Shown here piece after piece: positions 11,267-23,375 of a DNA stretch of 64,000 bases. The stretch spans positions 10,365,525 to 10,429,524 of the forward strand of contig OZ316896.1 of assembly GCA_973895155.1 (NCBI GenBank), read 5' to 3'. Position 1 is the first letter of the stretch. Each line of letters begins with the position of its first letter. Under the pieces are notes generated by a model, which was not told the origin of the DNA, did not search any database, and worked only from the letters and a program-made list of their open reading frames with translations. The position numbers were made by a program, and so were the translations under genes. The DNA is from Marsupella aquatica (taxonomy: Eukaryota; Plantae; Marchantiophyta).

Positions 11267-14200
11267 GACACCAATGAAGTGAAGAAATATAGTGCTGAGA
11301 ATGAAATGCGACCATGTGGTTTGCCCATAGGTGTGGAGCTGCCAAAATTAACCCAATTAGAGGAACAATGCATATCCCCAGTGCATGTTGTGATGCAATT
11401 GCGGAAAGTAAAAGGGTTACAATATGCTTATAGTTCGCATATTTTTAACTTATTGCAAGATCGATCCAAGTTTTTTAGTGTTTTGCCATTACTTCCAAGT
11501 GATTTTGATGTCATTCTTCTTAAACCTAGAGGCCGAGTTGGAGAAGAAAATTCAGTCCAGGTTGCACGACCCTCAAATCATGAGTTTAGGGTGCGTCGGG
11601 GTGCTATCATGGCTTGGTTGACATATCTTTCGGAGCATCATCCTTCCTTTAGACAAAATGTTGATGGGTGGATCACAATCTCCCAAGAAGCTTTAAACCT
11701 TCTATCAGAGGATGCATGTGTGGCTAATAGGTTACGCAACATTGAAGAGACTGAAGTGATCATTGATGGTATGGATGACAATGACAATGAAATATTAAAT
11801 GATTGTGCATTGCAGCCAGCTTTGCTTATAAGAGATTGCATGGTTCCCAATCTTGGTTCAAGAATCACGAAGGAAGATCGTACATGGAGAAGATTTCAAC
11901 AAGATCAACAAAATGGGCCCTTATCTATGCCTACATTGAGATCACAATGATTGAATGAGTTTGGGGATTCTCCATATATCATTGACGCTTTTCCTACATT
12001 ATTTCCAAATGGGAAGTGTGATCTAAAATCTCAACGGGCACATAATGTGAATGCACATGAGTATTTTAAACATCTCATATGATTACGAGATCCCCATTTT
12101 GCTCAACATCCTCGATTTTGATGGTTTGCTGCCAACTCCATATTTAGATGGCAAGCAAAAACTGATGGAGCATTCTATGCTAAGCGTCGTCATCAAAATG
12201 AAGTACAAATCATAGTGGAAGATTTGATGAGACAATTTGAAAGCAATGAAGGAGCTATGGCACGAGAAATAGTACATCATGGAAAGAATATTCGAGAAAC
12301 AAGACCGTTAGTATTGGTCAAATGTGCGATCTGATCTACTTGCAATGGTACAGGACCCGGAGGTGGGATGTCCACATATCTTTTTTACAGTTAGTGCTAC
12401 AGATCATCAATGGCCTGATCTACAACGTTTTATGCCCATACAATATGCAGAAGATGAGATAGAATCACGCAAAGTTCAAATTTACATAAAAAAAATTGGT
12501 GGAGAACCCTCACATAGTATCTTGGTATTTGAATAAAAGATTCAAGCTCTTTTTTGACTTTGTGATGAAGAAGAAATGGTTAACAATTGATTATTGGTAT
12601 CGATTTGAATGGCAAGGAAGAGGGAGTGGACACATTCATGGATTCCAATGGCTTTCAAGGGATCAAGCCATTCAAGATCCAAATACTCTTGATTTTTCAA
12701 AAGAAGAGGATGCAAAACAATTAATGGAGTACTGGAAAGATGACTTCTCTGCAGTAAATCCTGGCCCTAACTTGGAAGTAGCTTTCATCCATCCTTGTGC
12801 TCGAGAGCTTGATACACTAAAAGATACCAAGCGAGAACTAGCTGAAATGCTTAATAGAGTGCAACAACACAGAAGATGTTCTCCTAGGTATTGTCTACGG
12901 CAAACAAAAAAGTCACGTGAGCTTCATTGTAGATTCGAATTTCCAAAAGAATTGAGAAATGAAGCAACAATGGTTAAAACTGAGAGAAACAACTGGAAAT
13001 TTGAGCCTGTACGCAATCAACCTCTCTTAAATTCTTTCAATACATTGATGATATTGGGATGGCAAGCAAACATTGATTTTAAACCAGTGACAACTTTGCG
13101 GTCGGTTTTGATGTACATTTCAAAATATGAATCAACCTGAATATAAAACTGATTCATATGTTGATATTGTGCGTAGTGTATTCTCTAGCACGGCCCCTGA
13201 AGCACGAGGTAGAGATGGTGTGACACGAGTATTGAATCGAATGATAGGAGAAAGAGATTATTCGGCACAAGAAGTTTGTCATCACTTGCTTTTGATCAAC
13301 TTGTTCAACTCAAGTCGTGATGTGCAAACAATTGATATGAGATCTATTGATGAACAGCGTGTTCAAGTAAATATTGAAGGCCAAAATCAAGCAGGATTTG
13401 GTAGAACCCCATTGGAATATTACATGGAGAGGGCTTCCGTATTAGATGATGAGTCTTTTGCTAAAATTTGTCGTGATTTCACGAGAGTAACTCAACGGGA
13501 TAGAGAGAAGAAATGGCCTTACACTATCCGTACTAGAGCAAAAGCAGAGTGCTAAAAATCTATCCACAATATTCATGGGATCCACAATCTCCGTTGTATG
13601 CGGACTGGTGTCGTGCAAAAATGTTGTTGCATCATCCATTTCGAAGGATGGAAGACCTTTTAAGACATTCACATAGAGATGGTCGCATGGCTTGGATTGA
13701 AGCATTTGAGGAATGCAAGGCTCATCACAACCATCAAGTATTAGACTCCTTGGATGAATGTGCACATGCTGAAATGGAGACTACGGAAGAAGAGTTTGAA
13801 AGCGAAGACGTGTCGGATGATGAAAGTGAAAATATTCTATCCGAAGGAATGCTGCATGCTCAAGTGGGGATTCAAAATATAAATGGTATGGTTGGCTCCA
13901 ACGATGAAAATAACAATCTAGGAAAACGAGCTATTGATATCAACTATGATTGGGGAACCAATTCTTATGACTATCCTAATTTAGAACTCGGGGGGTTAAC
14001 TAAGTGTATATTTTGGGGTACCACGTGCGATCCTAGCCTAATATAAATAGGCCTATTTTATAAAGAAAATATTCTAAGAATATTCTCTATTTTCAATATT
14101 AATAACCTATTTTACTTTATAAAAAGTATACATTAGAGAATATTCCATAAACATGAGTTTATAATACCTTCTTTTGCCTCATACGCTTTTTAAAAATTTA

Positions 14201-14614
14201 GTTAATTTCTATCAAAAATACCTATTTTGGATCGCACGTGGGGCCTAAGATTTTTGATAGTCAACCCCCCAAGATTTAGAAGATGCTTTCACTTTTATCC
14301 AAGATCAATGCAAATTGGCTGGAGACTCTATAATTGTTGATGACATTGATCCCAACTTTGAGGTGTCTCTATTGACAGATGAGCAAAAAACATTTTATGA
14401 TTGCGTCATAAATCATTCTGTTACAAAATGCATTGTACCATTGCAACTCAATATTGACGGTGTTGGTGAAACCGGAAAGTCTTTTTTGATTGGAGCTATT
14501 TCGCACGGTATAGCTCAACATAAAGATCCGAGCTTGCCATCAGCATTGATCAGGATTGCACCCATTGGAGTTGTAGCTTATACCATAAAAGGACAAACAT
14601 ATCATTCAGCCTTA
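11267..14614 (+). pseudogene. Helitron Rep (HUH) and start of PIF1 helicase, fragmented
   Basis: FPTLFPNG, FFTVSATDHQWPDL, YWYRFEWQGRGSGHIHG (HUH), YISKY (Y2), ERDYSAQEVCH, HHPFR and Walker A GVGETGKS. Many stops and frameshifts. Confidence 0.9.
13987..14273. mobile_element. MITE, related family 2 (287 bp)
   Basis: TIR CTCGGGGGGTTAACTA / TAGTCAACCCCCCAAG and 8-bp TSD ATTTAGAA. Removal restores the frame YPNLE|DAFTFIQDQCKLAGD. Confidence 0.88.
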
Positions 14615-15531
14615 AACACAATTTCGGACCGACCGAGAAGTGTGTCGGAGTTCTCGTTTAGCCCGATCCCATTTTTTTTCTAAGGCAATGCAATGACCGA
14701 TAAAACTGGCAAAAACTCTCCGAAACGCCACTTTCCTCCATTGCATCGCCGCGGGAATGCAAGGAGCGATACGTGCATTGGGTTTTACATTCTGTCAGTG
14801 AAAAAGTCCGAACTGCGAGTAACTTGGTCCGAATTGTGTAATCCAAGAACGACCACGCACTAACCCAGGTAAAGGGAAAACTTAACCATGGTTAAGGGGA
14901 AATTAACCATGGTTTAGAGCGTCTCCTATATAAAGAGGAGCGGGCTGCCCCTGGGGCTGCCCATAAAACGTTTGCTTTTGCCAGAGCAATATCTCCTGAC
15001 TGAGAGCGAATACCAAACTCCCATCGAGTCTTACCCAAGCGATTTGACTCTTTCTACCGAAAACCCGATAAATTTATCGGAACAACCATTCCTGTTCAAG
15101 TTCTCCATGTAAGACTAACTAGTCATTTAGTGTAAAATGTCTAGATCCGAGTGGACTGCGATAAATTTATCGCATTCTGCATTCCTCTGTTGCAATCATT
15201 TGATCCAGTGTTTAGAGAGGTGTTGCCTTCATTCCGATAAATTTATCGGAGTCTTCATTCCTTTGATGGAAAGAGGAGTAATTGAGAATCCGATAAATTT
15301 ATCGGAGTTGTCATTTTTGTGAAAGATTGAATTCAGGGCTTAGGTGTCTGAGGAAGTCATATTTTCAATTCGAATGCGGAGTGCGATAAACTTATCGCAT
15401 CCTCCTGTGAGAATCATTTTCCTTTGTTTTATTTGGAGACTCATCTTCATCTCTGATGTCGCAGTGTTGCCGGATTTAGGAGGCACAACGGAAGGTCGAT
15501 TGCACTCCGTGCACAACAGGTATGGTGACAA

Positions 15532-15804
15532 ATGGCTGTCTTCCTTGAAAATCATGTCAAACGTGCACGCCGGTTGTACAAGAGACTCGTGCGACTCAAA
15601 GTTCTCCCCATCGGTATAGGAGCATTGTGGATGGGTGGTACTGATCCTGGAGATAGGCAGAATCCTCTCCGCATTGAATTTTACGGAATGAATGATGCAA
15701 GAGTTCCAATTTGTTCGAGGTTGATGTTAACGGCGTGTTTACATTCTTTGGAGTTTTCTTGTAACTATTGTTGTCGTCGTCTTGACAACAAGTACCACAA
15801 ATAG
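15532..15804 (+). CDS. Small ORF of unknown function in element B
   Basis: 90-aa ATG-started ORF on the cargo strand with no recognisable motif. Confidence 0.3.
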   Translation: MAVFLENHVKRARRLYKRLVRLKVLPIGIGALWMGGTDPGDRQNPLRIEFYGMNDARVPICSRLMLTACLHSLEFSCNYCCRRLDNKYHK

Positions 15805-16055
15805 GCTCACTTCTGTTGTAAGATTTGGAACGAAGACCCTTGGGTGAACCTTTCACGATGAGTGTTTCGACCTTTGCATTGAGGCGCGTCTTGTAAGGAC
15901 ATATTTAAATAAACAAGTCCTACCCTTGCGCAGCAAATATAATACGTCACGAGTCCTAATCGTTAAACTGTCGTGCAGAGTTGGTACTGTGGATGTGTTC
16001 GGTTACACCTAGTGATTGAAGGTATTTTTATTGGTGGTTTTGGTAGCTCTGTTTC

Positions 16056-16599
16056 ATGGTTACGTCGGAGAATCTAATCATTGCAAAGATGGGATCCGTT
16101 TTAGCCCACGAGCGTAGGAAATATATTCGAGGAAAAGTGCCCGGTGTGGAATGCGGAAGTTTGTTGAATGGACTTCCCGATCAACTCATTGAATCTCACA
16201 TTTGGCCCCTCCTAGCCTTGTCTTGCACACAAGATGAACACCTTGGCCTTGACCTAAAACTTCTACCAGAATAACGATTGACTCGAATGAGAACAATCAT
16301 TTGTCTTGGAGCCACCTCAAAGAAATGGAACTATCTTGTTGTTGGTACACAATTTTGGGCGCTATTGAAATATGCAGTCCGTGAGATCAATGACATAAAC
16401 AAAATGCTCGCAAACATTCCTAATGCCGACCTTCTCTCAAACATACATATTGCTAGGGTCTTCCGAGAGGAAACTCATTTCCTCTCTCCCATAGATAATT
16501 ATGCTTGGGTGCTTTTCGTATGAGCAGTTAGATCAGTTTCGTAGAGTTTGGATAAATCTTGGAGAAAGCGGGAAGCGGACAATTCTTGCATGGCATTGA
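16056..16599 (+). pseudogene. F-box-like gene, homolog of 66-596
   Basis: LLNGLPDQLIESHIWPL...TSKKWNYLV...FWA. After a frameshift, LGCFSYEQLDQFRRVW matches LGGFEGSELDTFRNLW in A. Stop at 16272. Confidence 0.7.
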
Positions 16600-16923
16600 C
16601 GAGTCTGAGTGGATGAGGCATTGCTGCAAACATCCAATAAATTTATCGCACTCCTCATTCCTCTAGTCGATTTTGGGTGCTCTAAGGTTTGCTCAAGAAG
16701 AGCTTGTAAAGAAACACTTTGAATGTAATTGACTCTGCCTCCCCTGACTTTGGGTTGTGTGGTCCAGAGTGTATTTGTTTGCGCCTCTTCGGACGATTAG
16801 CTGACAAGTGCATTGGCTTCACAGCCCATTATACAAGGTATTGTAAAGTTGGATGAAACTTGTAGAATTGTAATTAGTATGTTCTCCAAAATTTATTCCT
16901 GATTTCTATTCGGTGATCAGGCC

Positions 16924-17641
16924 ATGCTCGAGCGACGCATTTTTGTACCCTACTTGGATCCTCCAGAATGGGGGAATGGAGCCATGCTGGACCAGCTAAG
17001 GAGGCTGGATGAGTCACTAATTTTAAAGATATGCAGGCTGGTAGTAAAACCGTCTTACCATAACGCATTTCACTTCTACGTAGATCAGATAGGGGGAGAA
17101 ATTTATATTCGGTGGGATAGATATGTTGGATTTTCTAGAAGAGTTATCCTACTCTTTGTGAAAACCGGTGCAGTAAGACGTTTTATACTCCACTGCTGTC
17201 ATGTTGTGAAGGGCAATCCTGCTTATGATCCAGAATTCTATGCCGACAACAGACGTAGAGCATTCGATGAGATTCAGGATGTGATTGACGAGCTGGACAA
17301 TCCTCTTGCCACCGAGTTTTTTATTGACACTGGTGGGAAACTATATTCATACAAGATTCATCAACTCCCCCCCCAGCCGGTCTGTGCGCTCTTTAACTTG
17401 ATCTATGTAAGTTGCCTGTGGACGAACGTCCTTGCCAATGGTGAGATCTGTCCATGCTGCACAAATTAATGCTTGTTGTGATATTCCGTCATGCCGGTAT
17501 TCAGTAGCAGTAGTGAATCTTGAGACTGGTGAAGTTGATTTCCATTGGCTGTGGGCTTATGATCATCGCGTCACTCATATTCCCCAATGGCCCAAAAAGC
17601 GGATCGAACGCTTCGCTCTGGCAAGGTTCAACTATGATTAG
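16924..17641 (+). CDS. Unknown cargo protein (probably spliced or frameshifted)
   Basis: 181-aa ORF plus a following 69-aa ORF with protein-like composition; no family recognised. Confidence 0.4.
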
Positions 17642-20570
17642 GATTTAGGTTTAGGGGTTAAGGTTTTGGATTTAGGGTTCCGTAGCTGATTCTTTGACCT
17701 GTACACTCGGCCGTCAATTTAAAGAAGGCTCACTTTTGCGATAATTTTATCGGTCATTTGCATTGCGGGTCTCTTTGTCCTTGTGTGATGAGATGTCGTG
17801 TCCACATGTGTTGTGAGATTGGCGGCGATAATTTTATCGCTCTTTGCATTGGAATTTTTTTATTTGCAGACTTTGCCATGGCTGCTAGTGGAAAGAGTGG
17901 ATCTGCTGAGGCAGAAAGTCTCATGACAAGCCTCACCAATGCAATTTGGACGAGTGAAGACATTTGTGAAGAGGTCAAGTGTATCAAGAAGTCATGGTAC
18001 TTCCGTGACGCCAGATTACAGTCCACGGGTTTCAAAGATTGTGCTACCCCAATCCTTTGGGTCCAGTTGAAAAAATTGGTGAAGGTTAATGTTTCGTATG
18101 GCCCTGTCATTGCTGTTGCCGTCGTCGAGTTCATGGTTGGCCACGGGGAGGGAAAAGTGTTGACAGAGGGCCTTAGTTTCTTGACAATGTGTGGGCGCAA
18201 GGGTTTCACATCTCTCATTGTTACTCTCGATAACTTTGATGAGAAATCGATGGACAGTTATCCAGAAGATCCCCTTGTTGCCGAAGTTTGGGCAGCAAGA
18301 GAGATGAATGTTATGGGTTCGGCTTGGATCGGCCAGTATGTGCAAGATTGTGATGCCATCATGCTTCCAAGGATGAACGCAGAGTACAAGAGACTTGTGG
18401 GTGAAGAGTTCAAACCTGTCCGCAAAATTGTTTTCAAGAAACCAGGTTCAAGTGGCAGCGGTGGTTCTAATGCCGATAAAATATCGGGGCGGAAAGAACC
18501 ATTGCAATCCTCTACACATATTGACGTGGACGAACCTACAACTTCTGGTCAGGTTTTGGGAAGTGGAAGAGGGAAAGGGAGAGGTAGCGGCAAGGGAGAT
18601 GCCGCGGGAACCTCTGACGGTGGGAAGAAGAGCTAGGAAACTGGCGGTAGTGGGAGAGGCCGGGGCAACCGTCGAGGACCATCCGTTAAACCAAGCGAAA
18701 GTAAAGGATCCGAGGGATCCAGGCCATCTGGTTCTGGACTTAGCCCAAAGAGGAAGAGGACTGGCTGGACTGAGACGGTGGCTGCAGAAGTAGATAGAGC
18801 TCCGTCAATTCCATCAGTTCCAGTCGCGGTTCCTGCGGCGCCATTGGTAAGTACTACGTCGTTGTACTGTTTAACAAATACGAAATCCGATAAAAATCTC
18901 GCTGTTTATTTCCTGAATTGCGGATTGTGGAGTTATGTTGAACAAATGCAAACTCCGATAAAAATCTCGTAGTTTCTTTCCTTAATTGAATTTGCAACGC
19001 TTTTGTAGGCTGATTAGGAGGAGGAGACGGCTCTTTCGATGTATGAGACGGACGCGATCAAGGCAGAGCTCAGTCTTCTGATGCAACGAAGGGTGCAAAG
19101 GACAACTGTGCTTCTACATGTCGACAATCTCATATTTGATGAGGAGGGGGATTTGTCAACTTTGATTAGACCAGTGGATAGATTGCATGTGGAAAATATC
19201 AAGATACTTCTCATGAAAAACCCCACCAACTTCAGTGCCCCGTTCGTGCTGTGTGTGGATCCGAAGGATTGTCCCACAACCGCAGATTGGGACATCCTGA
19301 AGTCAAGGGTATGGAAGTATAGAATTATTGGAGGGAATCATGCTGCTCGGGCAAAGTCCGAGTTGTTTAAAATGTACGAGAAGCAAATATATGGTGAGCC
19401 AGAAGCTTGGGTTTACGCTGGGCTTACGAGATCCGAGGTCCGAAAGTTAGGCTTCCAGGATAACTATGACCAAGAGTATCGGAAGAACATGACTAAAATT
19501 GACCCAAGTTCGCGCTTGTCACAATATTTTCCTTGAAATGGGTGTGGGCTCGACTGAAGATGTCCACGAAGCATGTTGTCAAGAATGCATGATGGAGTAC
19601 ACGCCAGGAGTTCGTGACTCCATGGCCAAACATGATCCGGCTTTCCAAATTGCTTTCCGAACAGGTGAAATTTGGGATCTTCAGGAGCAGATTTTCCAGA
19701 TGTGGGAGAAAGGTATTGTCTTAGGATAACCCAAAAAAATTGTGGCAACGACGAACGCAAAGGGAAAGGTAAAACCTTTGACGGTAAGGGAGATTAAAAT
19801 GAATAAACTTGCTGATGACCTCAACTTAAATTCATTTCGAGGTCTCCAAGACTGTCAAATAAGAAGCATGTCAAGCGTCTCTTGAATAGGGTTATCGGGA
19901 AGGTGATCACTTTGGATCAAATGCACAAGGAAGGTGAGAAGTTGAAAAATCTTGCCAAGGTGAAGAAACTATTTTTGCAGTCTGGTCAGCCAGATTGGGC
20001 AACATGCAGAGAAATGTTTCCCAACGAAACAGATGTCTTGGTCCTTGGCATATGGGCGGAGAAATTGAGTGACGCGGTAAGCATTCCTCTCACAACATGC
20101 TCTATCGTGAGATTTTTATCGGCTTTAGCATTCCTTTGTTGGTTTCTAAGCGATTGCATCTATCAGCTAGCGCGCTCCATCACGAGATTTTTATCGGCTT
20201 TAGCATTCATTTGTTGGTTTCTAAGCGATTGCATCTATCAGCTAGCGTGCTCCATCGCAAGATTTTTATCGGCTTTAGCATTCATCTCACACTATTCTAA
20301 CTGTAGATGTGTCTGACATTTTTACAGCTGAAGATTAATTCAAAAAGGAAAAGCAAAGTGGTTCCGATTGTCACTTATAATTCTGCGGGGGAGGTTATTG
20401 TTCCCTCAGCTGAAATCCCTTATGTGTTTAAGAATTTTGTGCTTGTTGCAATCGATAAGTACAATCGGCTGAGGCCCTTAGGCGAGGGCACAGCAGAAGC
20501 GTTTGAACAAACATGGAAAAATGCAGACGGGGATTCTTTTCCCTACTATCTCCCTGGGTCCTCAGCGTTA

Positions 20571-21778
20571 CTAATACAAGGAGGACGTGTGAACAACGCA
20601 AGGGTATTTTTAATGTAATGCAAACTAATTTTTATAATAATTTTTAAAGTAGGCAACATCCATGTATATACATTTGGCACAATATTAGTAATAAGGGTTT
20701 TATCAAATTCATGCCACATTTATCTTATGCAAGGGTACCCAAAATGCCAAAGGACACGCGTCGCTATATGGTTGGCACACATGTCATCATTTTATTGGCA
20801 CACATGTCCATATAGTAAATCAGACATTTAATTATTTGTCGTCTTAAGGCAAGTTTGGTTTCGTGGGCCCCCTTATGGTGGGACAAATGAGTTTGGGTAG
20901 ACATGTTTAGGAATTAAGTCGGGAGTTGAGTACATGTTGGGTCAGGATCCTTGGGCCCAACTTGGCTGGGGTTTTGGGATTGATGGAGACCCATGGATCA
21001 ATCCCACATAGACGGACAAGATTACTTTTGAATTCATTTGAATCAAATGGCCAGGTATGAGGCCACCGATGAAGCCAGATGTGTTTGTGTGTGGAGGGGT
21101 GTACTCCCTTGATCATAGGGGTGGGGGGAGGTACCGGGTGCACAAACAATATTTGTTACAGTTCTCAGTAGTAATGTTTTTGGTATTATCAGTACTTTGT
21201 GTCTAGAATATATGATTAATGTGTGGTTTGATGTGTCAGGTTGAAAGAAGCTGCCAAAACTCTACTTATCATAATTTGGTGTTTATGGTTAATGTCATAT
21301 CATTCTTAGTCAAGATGGAATAATTTAGCAATTAGAGTTTACATAAGTAGTATATATGCAATTTTTTCTCCAGGGACATAGCATAGCATAATATTTCCTT
21401 TGTACTAGTTTAGTTTATCTCTATGAGGTCTACAAGTTACCAAAGTTATAGTCCCATATTGTAGGAATAACCATACTTCTCTAGTACTAATTTTGTTTAT
21501 GATCTATATAAAATATGTATTGGTATGAACATCAGACGTAACAACAGGTCCCCTATGCAAAATAAAATCTTATATGTTTCATTATGATATTTACAATTTT
21601 AAAAATTCAAGGGTGTTTTTAATTCCTTCAAAAACTCTGTTATAATTTACAAAAGGATAAAATTTAATAGGAAAAGTTAATATTTTTACATTAACAAGAG
21701 ATTTTCTTTTGTGAACAAAAATATTAAGAAGGGGTACACAGGGGGTGTCTGTTCTCAGGAGGGTTCACTTAATATAGT
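20571..21778 (-). mobile_element. Putative non-autonomous Helitron-like insertion in the MTase gene
   Basis: AT-rich 1.2 kb. The minus strand starts ACTATATT and ends with a decayed hairpin (CCCTTGCGTTGTTCACACG), about 11 nt, then TTAG. No TSD. Removal restores SSAL|KSEGPGYYLHVGD. Confidence 0.55.
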
Positions 21779-22187
21779 AAGAGTGAGGGCCCAGGGTACT
21801 ATCTCCATGTTGGTGATGTTCGAATTTTGGATTCTTTTGTTCAGCCAAGGGCTTACACCCTTGCGGTTGCGGATATTCCATATGGTTTTAATGCTCCTGG
21901 TTCGGAGTTTGATGAAGTGGCCTTCATAGAAAAGGACATTTTAGACATGTTGACAAGTTTCTCAAAGATGACGACCGCTAAGCAGTGGAGGTTTGTTGTG
22001 ATCCATTCACTACAACAAACGCATATGGTGATGTCTGCACTGGAGAGTGTATGCAACTGTGGGGTCGAGGCTGGAATCTGGGAGAAGACTAACATTCATG
22101 AGCGTCCCGCTGGAGCTCGATTGGCGTGGGGTTTTGAGAACTGGTCGATAGGTTTCTATAGCGAGGAAGGCATTCAGAACATGGACA

Positions 22188-22483
22188 CTCGGGGGTCTCA
22201 CTATATGGGGACCTCCCCATCGCCTGCGACGTTTTTAGGCCTCGGACCCCCTAAAATGTAAGAAATATTTTATTTTTTTAACCCCTATAAAGTTGGAATA
22301 TTCGTGAAATATTCTAAAAATTGGATTAAAAAGACCCTAATGTTCTTATAAGTCTCAAAATTGAATTTAAAAGATCCTATTGTTCTTCTACAAAAATTCT
22401 TAAGTCTTCCCTTAGAACCAATAAAATGACCCTGTCCTTCGTCGCACGTGATATGCCATTTTTGTGGAAGTGAAACCCCCGAG
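22188..22483. mobile_element. MITE, family 1 copy b (296 bp)
   Basis: Same TIRs as 10962-11258; 8-bp TSD CATGGACA. Removal restores the MTase frame IQNMDMYNFQPDE. Confidence 0.93.
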
Positions 22484-23375
22484 CATGGACATGTACAATT
22501 TCCAACCGGATGAGTCTCGCGTCAATATCATCAAGGTTCCATGTGTAACCAAGAAGTCCGTTGATCCATTGGGATTTGTTGTGAACCCGTATCAGAAGCC
22601 TGTTGGTTTGGGGGCTTGGTTTGTTTCCCATTTCTCTGAGAAAGAGGATTGGGTTATTGATCTTTGTTGTGGAACCGGATCGACATTACCTGCTACTCTC
22701 CTCAATTCTCGCCAGGGTTGTGCTGTTGATAAGAGTTCTGCGCAGATTGATTTTGTGAAATCCCGGATCATGATTCTGGAGTCAAATTGGAATTTATATG
22801 AAGAATCCCAGATTGAAGGGCACGGCGTTGAAGGTCATGAGATTCAACCACCAATTGCAGGCCAATTGGGTGTTCTCGGGACATCGACTTACGTAGTTGA
22901 GGTCGTGAAGGAGACCGAAGAGGAACAAGAAGAAACTGAGGAAGAGCCTCCCAGAACACCAAATGAAGATGATCTCAACGACATGTTATTAGATTAGTTG
23001 CGTGTGCTCGTTAGGATAATGTCAATCACCAATGGAGTTGTCGATAAATTTATCGGATTCTATATTCCATGAGGAAGAATCTTTGTCACCTTTATTAATG
23101 CGATAAATTTATCGGACTTTGCATATATCGGATTGTCGCGGTGTTCTAGTTGGGGGAATGGAGTTGTCGATAATCTTATCGGACTTAGCATTGTATGCTC
23201 TAACTGGTTTGTCATTGCAATTATTTAAAAAAAAAGATATCATTATAGCTGCGGAGTACATAGTCCCAGAACGATAACCACTGTACATATTCATGGGAAC
23301 GATAACCATTATAACTTAAACCTGCAACTAGCTTCGACTATCAACGACTACAGTCTCCATTGCATTTTGAATGAT

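Larger units (their letters stand above)
17878..22997 (+). pseudogene. ParB-like domain fused to a beta-class N6-adenine/N4-cytosine DNA methyltransferase
   Basis: Introns at 18847-19008 and about 20077-20327. ParB-like region at 19100-19480 (YRIIGGNHAARA). MTase reads YLHVGDVRIL...LAVADIPYG (motif IV, DPPY-like), GIWEK, YQKPVGLGAWFVSHFSEKEDWVIDLCCGTGST...AVD (motifs X/I). Interrupted by two insertions and several stops/frameshifts. Confidence 0.85.

Noticed and set aside
15065-15400. Palindromic repeats with 55-95 bp spacing resembling a CRISPR array
   Set aside because: The repeats are only 16 bp, spacing is irregular, the context is eukaryotic, and no cas genes are present.
20603-21794. 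Treating the 1.2-kb interruption as a GT-AG intron or an AGGGTA-TSD insertion
   Set aside because: Neither junction restores the reading frame, whereas removal of 20571-21778 does.
17878-22997. Bacterial contamination or a prophage as the source of the ParB-MTase
   Set aside because: The gene has spliceosomal introns and eukaryotic MITE insertions, and sits inside a TIR element nested in a Helitron.
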